Translations under genes and position numbers: made by a program
Part shown: piece after piece, positions 59,982 to 64,000 of the stretch
Layout: each line of letters starts with the position of its first letter
Numbering within the stretch: position 1 is the first letter of the stretch
The notes under the pieces: generated by a model
Databases searched by the model: none
Told to the model about the DNA's origin: nothing
What the model saw: the letters and a program-made list of their open reading frames with translations, nothing else
NCBI GenBank assembly: GCA_965222225.1
Contig: CBDCTK010000002.1
Location: forward strand, 512,001 to 576,000
Direction: 5' to 3'
Source: Candidatus Poribacteria bacterium
Lineage (GTDB): Bacteria; Poribacteria; WGA-4E; JAJDTR01
DNA length: 64,000 nucleotides

Positions 59982-61529
59982 ATGAACATGAGCTTACCAG
60001 ACGGACGCGATGGACGGACAATCATCAGCGACCTAGCGAACTACTATTTGCTAAGACAGGAACAGCCTACGGCCAAGAACGTCGGGATATACGATACCTT
60101 TGATTGGCGATTGTTTGAAAAATCTCTTGTGTTGTATAGTTCCGAGGGTGAACTGATTTTGTACAGGTTGTCCGATTATAAGATTGTCCAGCACACCAAA
60201 GTGAGCTCACTTCCTAATTTTGTGTGGGATTTTCCGGATGGTGATTTGAAAACATTGCTTGCGCCCATTCTTGAAGTGCGCAGACTGCTGAAACTTACCA
60301 CAATACATTCTCAATCCACTATCTACCGCATTTTGAATAAAGAGCAGAAAACTGTGGTTAGACTGAACTATGAAGAAATCCGTCGAACTGCTCAAGCACA
60401 AAGATCGACGTTATGCGTCCATCTTCACGTTGAATCGGTTAGGGGCTATCCGAGATATTATCGGGCAACGGTAGAACGGCTGGGGAAAATGGGGTTTATG
60501 CAAATCAAGCCAGAGACAATGTACTTCGAGGTTTTGAAAGAGAGCAATAAAACTCCCGGCGAATATTCTTCCAAATTGAAGCTACAGCTCGAGCCTGACA
60601 TGCGTTCAGATGAAGCCGCAAAGTTTATCTTGCGTTCTCTATTTAAATCCATGAAAGTCAATGAAAATCATATCGGTGAAGATCCTGACACAGAATTCTT
60701 GCACGATTTTCGGGTCGCCATTCGACGCACTCGCGTCGCGTTAAATCAAATCAAAGGGGTTTTCCCGGTAGACACCATCAAGAAATTTCAGAGAGATTTT
60801 GCTATTCTGGGTAAACTTTCGAATGAACTGCGGGATTTGGACGTTTATCTCCTCAAAGAGGATACCTACAAGAAAATGCTGCCCGAAAGCTTGCGCGATG
60901 AAATCAATCCCTTGTTCGTGTTCTTAAAGAACAAGAGATCGAAAGTATTAGAGGATGTCAAGAATGGTTTGTCCTCCCGCGAGTCTGCCAAAGTTCTTCG
61001 GACGTGGGAGAACTTCCTGGATGAACCCTCGGAAGGTTCGCTGACCGCACCGAATGCAACAGTTCCAGTCTTTGAGCTAGCCCGCAACAGAATTCATAAG
61101 AGGTACACCGAGATTCTAGAAACGGGCGCCCAAATTCTTGAGACAGCTAACGATGAGCGGTTACATGCCTTGAGGATTGAATGTAAGAAACTTCGGTATT
61201 TAATGGAGTTCTTTTCCAGTCTATTTCCTAGCAAAAAAATCTCGCTCTTGATTAAAGAACTTAAGAGTTTGCAAGATAATTTAGGTAACCTCAACGATTT
61301 GAGTATTCAACGGGCGTATCTTCGGAACACGGTCGATGAGTTACCGATTACCGACCATCAAGCTAAAAAGACAACATTGGCAATTGGAAGTTTGATTGGA
61401 AACCTAGAAGAACAGACTCAAGCCGTTAAAGGGTCGTTTTCTAAGAAATTCACTAGATTCGCGTCGCCTACACATAGAAGGTTATACCATGAGTTGTTCG
61501 TTGCAACAAAGAGTAAGGCGAGTGCATGA
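59982..61529 (+). CDS. CHAD domain (polyphosphate-binding) protein
   Basis: LHDFRVAIRR, RDLDV, LHALRIECKKLRY, LQDNLG.LND; N-terminal YDTFDWRL. Confidence 0.9.
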   Translation: MNMSLPDGRDGRTIISDLANYYLLRQEQPTAKNVGIYDTFDWRLFEKSLVLYSSEGELILYRLSDYKIVQHTKVSSLPNFVWDFPDGDLKTLLAPILEVRRLLKLTTIHSQSTIYRILNKEQKTVVRLNYEEIRRTAQAQRSTLCVHLHVESVRGYPRYYRATVERLGKMGFMQIKPETMYFEVLKESNKTPGEYSSKLKLQLEPDMRSDEAAKFILRSLFKSMKVNENHIGEDPDTEFLHDFRVAIRRTRVALNQIKGVFPVDTIKKFQRDFAILGKLSNELRDLDVYLLKEDTYKKMLPESLRDEINPLFVFLKNKRSKVLEDVKNGLSSRESAKVLRTWENFLDEPSEGSLTAPNATVPVFELARNRIHKRYTEILETGAQILETANDERLHALRIECKKLRYLMEFFSSLFPSKKISLLIKELKSLQDNLGNLNDLSIQRAYLRNTVDELPITDHQAKKTTLAIGSLIGNLEEQTQAVKGSFSKKFTRFASPTHRRLYHELFVATKSKASA

Positions 61530-62272
61530 AGATTTTGGCTATCTACAGTAATAAAGGGGGAGTCGGAAAGACGACAACAGCCGTCAATCTGTCTTTCTTA
61601 GCGGCAGAATCAGGGCTAAAAACCCTCGTCTGCGATCTTGACCCACAAAGTTCGGCGAGCTATTACTTTCGGGTCAAGCCCAAGTTGAGGGCAAACGCGA
61701 AGGGATTTCGTAAGGGAGGAAAAAACATTGAAAAAAGCATAAAAGGCACGGATTATAAAAACCTAGATATACTACCAGCGGATTTTACACATAGAAATCT
61801 TGCCTCAACTTTTAATAAATTAAAACGATCGAAACGAAGATTAAATCGAATTTTGGATCCACTCCGCGCCGAATACAACTTGATTGTGCTGGATTGCCCA
61901 CCAGCAATCAACCTTTTGGCGGAGAACATCTTCAATGTTGCCGATTACCTTCTTGTGCCCGTGATTCCGACAACACTGTCTGTTCGGACGCATGTGCAAT
62001 TGCTATCGTTTCTAAAAAAGAAGAAATACGACACAGACAAAATTTACGCTTTTTTTTCGCTGGTTGACAAGCGCAAGAAAATGCACAAGGAAATCATAGC
62101 GATTATTTCGCGAGAATTCAAAGGCGTTTTACACAATTCAATACCTTCGCTATCAAACATCGAAAGAATGGGGATTGAAAGAGAACCGGTCCCGGCTTTC
62201 GCGCCAACTTCACAGGCGGCAAAATCTTACCGAGAATTGTGGCAGGAAGTAAAAGCAACCCTGTTGGATTAG
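61526..62272 (+). CDS. ParA/Soj family ATPase
   Basis: KGGVGKTT, DLDPQ, LDCPP; ATGA overlap with the CHAD gene. Confidence 0.92.
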   Translation: MKILAIYSNKGGVGKTTTAVNLSFLAAESGLKTLVCDLDPQSSASYYFRVKPKLRANAKGFRKGGKNIEKSIKGTDYKNLDILPADFTHRNLASTFNKLKRSKRRLNRILDPLRAEYNLIVLDCPPAINLLAENIFNVADYLLVPVIPTTLSVRTHVQLLSFLKKKKYDTDKIYAFFSLVDKRKKMHKEIIAIISREFKGVLHNSIPSLSNIERMGIEREPVPAFAPTSQAAKSYRELWQEVKATLLD

Positions 62273-62322
62273 CGAGATACTCGTGTCGGCTTCACGCGCA
62301 AATGGTTACTATCGAATCATCT

Positions 62323-63498
62323 TTACTTGAAGAGAGCTTGCCGAATCTGTCTCACAGATTGACGAAGGCGATTTTCATTTTCAACGAGTGCAATTCGAAC
62401 ATAACCTTCGCCATTGTGCCCAAATCCCGCCCCGGGCGACACGCAAACTTCCGCTTTGTCAAGTAACTTCATTGCGAACTCCATTGAACTCAGATGACGA
62501 TAGGGTTCAGGAATCGGCGCCCAAACGAACATGGTTCCTTTCGGCTTTTGTACTTTCCAGCCAATCCGATTTAATCCATCAACCAGTATGTCTCGACGAC
62601 GCCGATAAATCTCAGCATTTTCCGCGACTACATCAGATGGAGTCCTCAGAGCCATAATGGAGGCTACTTGAATTGGGGTGAAAATTCCGTAGTCGTAATA
62701 CCCTTTGATGCGCGCTAGTGCCTCAATGATATCACGGTTGCCGACCGCAAATCCACACCGCCAACCCGCCATATTGTATGATTTCGATAAGGAGAAAAAC
62801 TCCACGCCGATTTCCTTTGCTCCCTTCGCTTGCAGTAAGCTTGGTGCTTTGTAACCATCAAAGACGATGTCAGCATAGGCAAAATCGTGTACTACGGCAA
62901 TTTCGTGTTTTTTGGCAAAGTGGACAATCTCCTGAAAGAACGACAAGTCTACCACTGCACCAGTAGGATTGTGAGGGAAGCTAAGGATGAGTATTTTGGG
63001 GCGCGGCCAAATGTCTCTTGCAATCTCGGCAAGGCTGGGAACAAACTCATTTTCTTCACGTAATGGGATACTGACCACACTCCCACCGGCAAGAGCGATA
63101 CTGTAAATGTGGATTGGAAAGGTCGGGTTTGGAACAAGGGCAAGGTCACCTTGGTCAATCAATGCCAGAGCCAAGTGGGAGAGACCTTCTTTTGTGCCAA
63201 TTACGGCAATTGCCTCGTGTTCAGGATCGATTTCCACACCAAATCGTCGTTCGTAGTGCCAAGCAACTTCCCGCCGCAGATTGAAGATTCCCCGTGATAC
63301 CGAATAACGATGGTGTCGTGGCTCTCGTGCGGCCTCACATAGTTTGTCTATGATGTGTTTTGGGGTTGGTTCGCTCGGATTTCCCATACCCAGATCGATG
63401 ACATCAATGCCTTGGCGTCGTCTTTCATGCGTTAGCTGCTTGAGTCTGCCAAACATGTAAGGCGGCAATCGATGTAGTCGTTTGGATAAGAAATTCAT
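62323..63498 (-). CDS. alaC: Class I/II aminotransferase, AlaC-like
   Basis: LPPYMF, DLGMGNP, YSVSRG, HDFAY, SLSKSYNMAGWR, ALVENE. Confidence 0.85.
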   Translation of the reverse strand: MNFLSKRLHRLPPYMFGRLKQLTHERRRQGIDVIDLGMGNPSEPTPKHIIDKLCEAAREPRHHRYSVSRGIFNLRREVAWHYERRFGVEIDPEHEAIAVIGTKEGLSHLALALIDQGDLALVPNPTFPIHIYSIALAGGSVVSIPLREENEFVPSLAEIARDIWPRPKILILSFPHNPTGAVVDLSFFQEIVHFAKKHEIAVVHDFAYADIVFDGYKAPSLLQAKGAKEIGVEFFSLSKSYNMAGWRCGFAVGNRDIIEALARIKGYYDYGIFTPIQVASIMALRTPSDVVAENAEIYRRRRDILVDGLNRIGWKVQKPKGTMFVWAPIPEPYRHLSSMEFAMKLLDKAEVCVSPGAGFGHNGEGYVRIALVENENRLRQSVRQIRQALFK

Positions 63499-63537
63499 GG
63501 ACTATATCCGACTGGTCAATGTGAGGCGTTCCTTTGC

Positions 63538-64000
63538 TCAATTACGTTTCGGCATTGCTATTGTTCCTGCCGCCGCTTTGTGCGCATATCGTGTTGTTTC
63601 AGGAAGTCGAAAGGTTTTGCAGCATCTCAGCGTCAGTCCGATAGCCGAATCCAGTGAAATCCGATGACCAATTGAGACGTATACGACGCTGGTATCACGT
63701 CTCGTGCGGACCGCCGCTCCAATCACCTCGCCTGTGTCGCACAGATATTCATAGGAACCTTTGTCTCTATCGGGCTCTCTGTGTTTACCCCATAAGCGTG
63801 ATTTTGCGCAGCCTATTGCAGGTTTGTCCAAGATTAGTCCCAAATGACAGGCAAGCCCCAATCGCCTCGGATGAGCAAGCCCTTGACCATCGGCAATAAT
63901 GAGATCCGGTTCTGTCTTTAACTGGTCAAAAGCTTTAAGAAGTGGGGGAGTTTCGCGGAATGACAACAGACCTGGAATATATGGGAACCGAACAGAACTT
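63538..64000 (-). CDS. nfi: Endonuclease V (5' end outside window)
   Basis: FPYIPGLLSFRE, DGQGLAHPRRLGLACH, IGCAKS, VSIGH, RLPETTR. Confidence 0.95.
   Translation of the reverse strand, partial: SSVRFPYIPGLLSFRETPPLLKAFDQLKTEPDLIIADGQGLAHPRRLGLACHLGLILDKPAIGCAKSRLWGKHREPDRDKGSYEYLCDTGEVIGAAVRTRRDTSVVYVSIGHRISLDSAIGLTLRCCKTFRLPETTRYAHKAAAGTIAMPKRN

Overview
Bacterial chromosomal window with mixed housekeeping and accessory content. The gene mix (PhyH dioxygenase, CRTAC1/ASPIC protein, giant TPR protein, many lipoproteins, GTAG-REPs) is reminiscent of Ca. Poribacteria; this is an impression, not a test. Housekeeping genes: lysA, argE-like, hisG, pepA, potD, dusB, rph-rdgB-efp-accB-accC-comB, phoB/phoR, mgtE (broken), alaC, nfi (partial). 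Main observations: (1) the first ORF reads through its TGA as W-U-P-F-C with a SECIS-like hairpin, i.e. an unannotated selenoprotein. (2) A TerY-P triad (vWA, PP2C, kinase) carries membrane anchors and is coupled to a 1.2-kaa double-trypsin/TPR/Ig/beta-barrel protein. (3) A Cyc2-like cytochrome-porin has two CxxCH motifs. (4) An ~8.4-kb integrase-less phage-derived island is bounded by a 12-bp direct repeat at the comB stop. Circularising it would put an RBS+ATG from its left end in frame with the truncated HK97 capsid gene at its right end. It also carries a TerS-like gene, a sigma factor, paired membrane proteins, a DNase and four ~90-120-bp periodic repeats. (5) A Pro-rich uORF (MPPLPPPTS) precedes mgtE. 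Several small frameshifts lie beyond 42 kb and may be assembly errors. All calls are from manual motif reading; no database searches were run.
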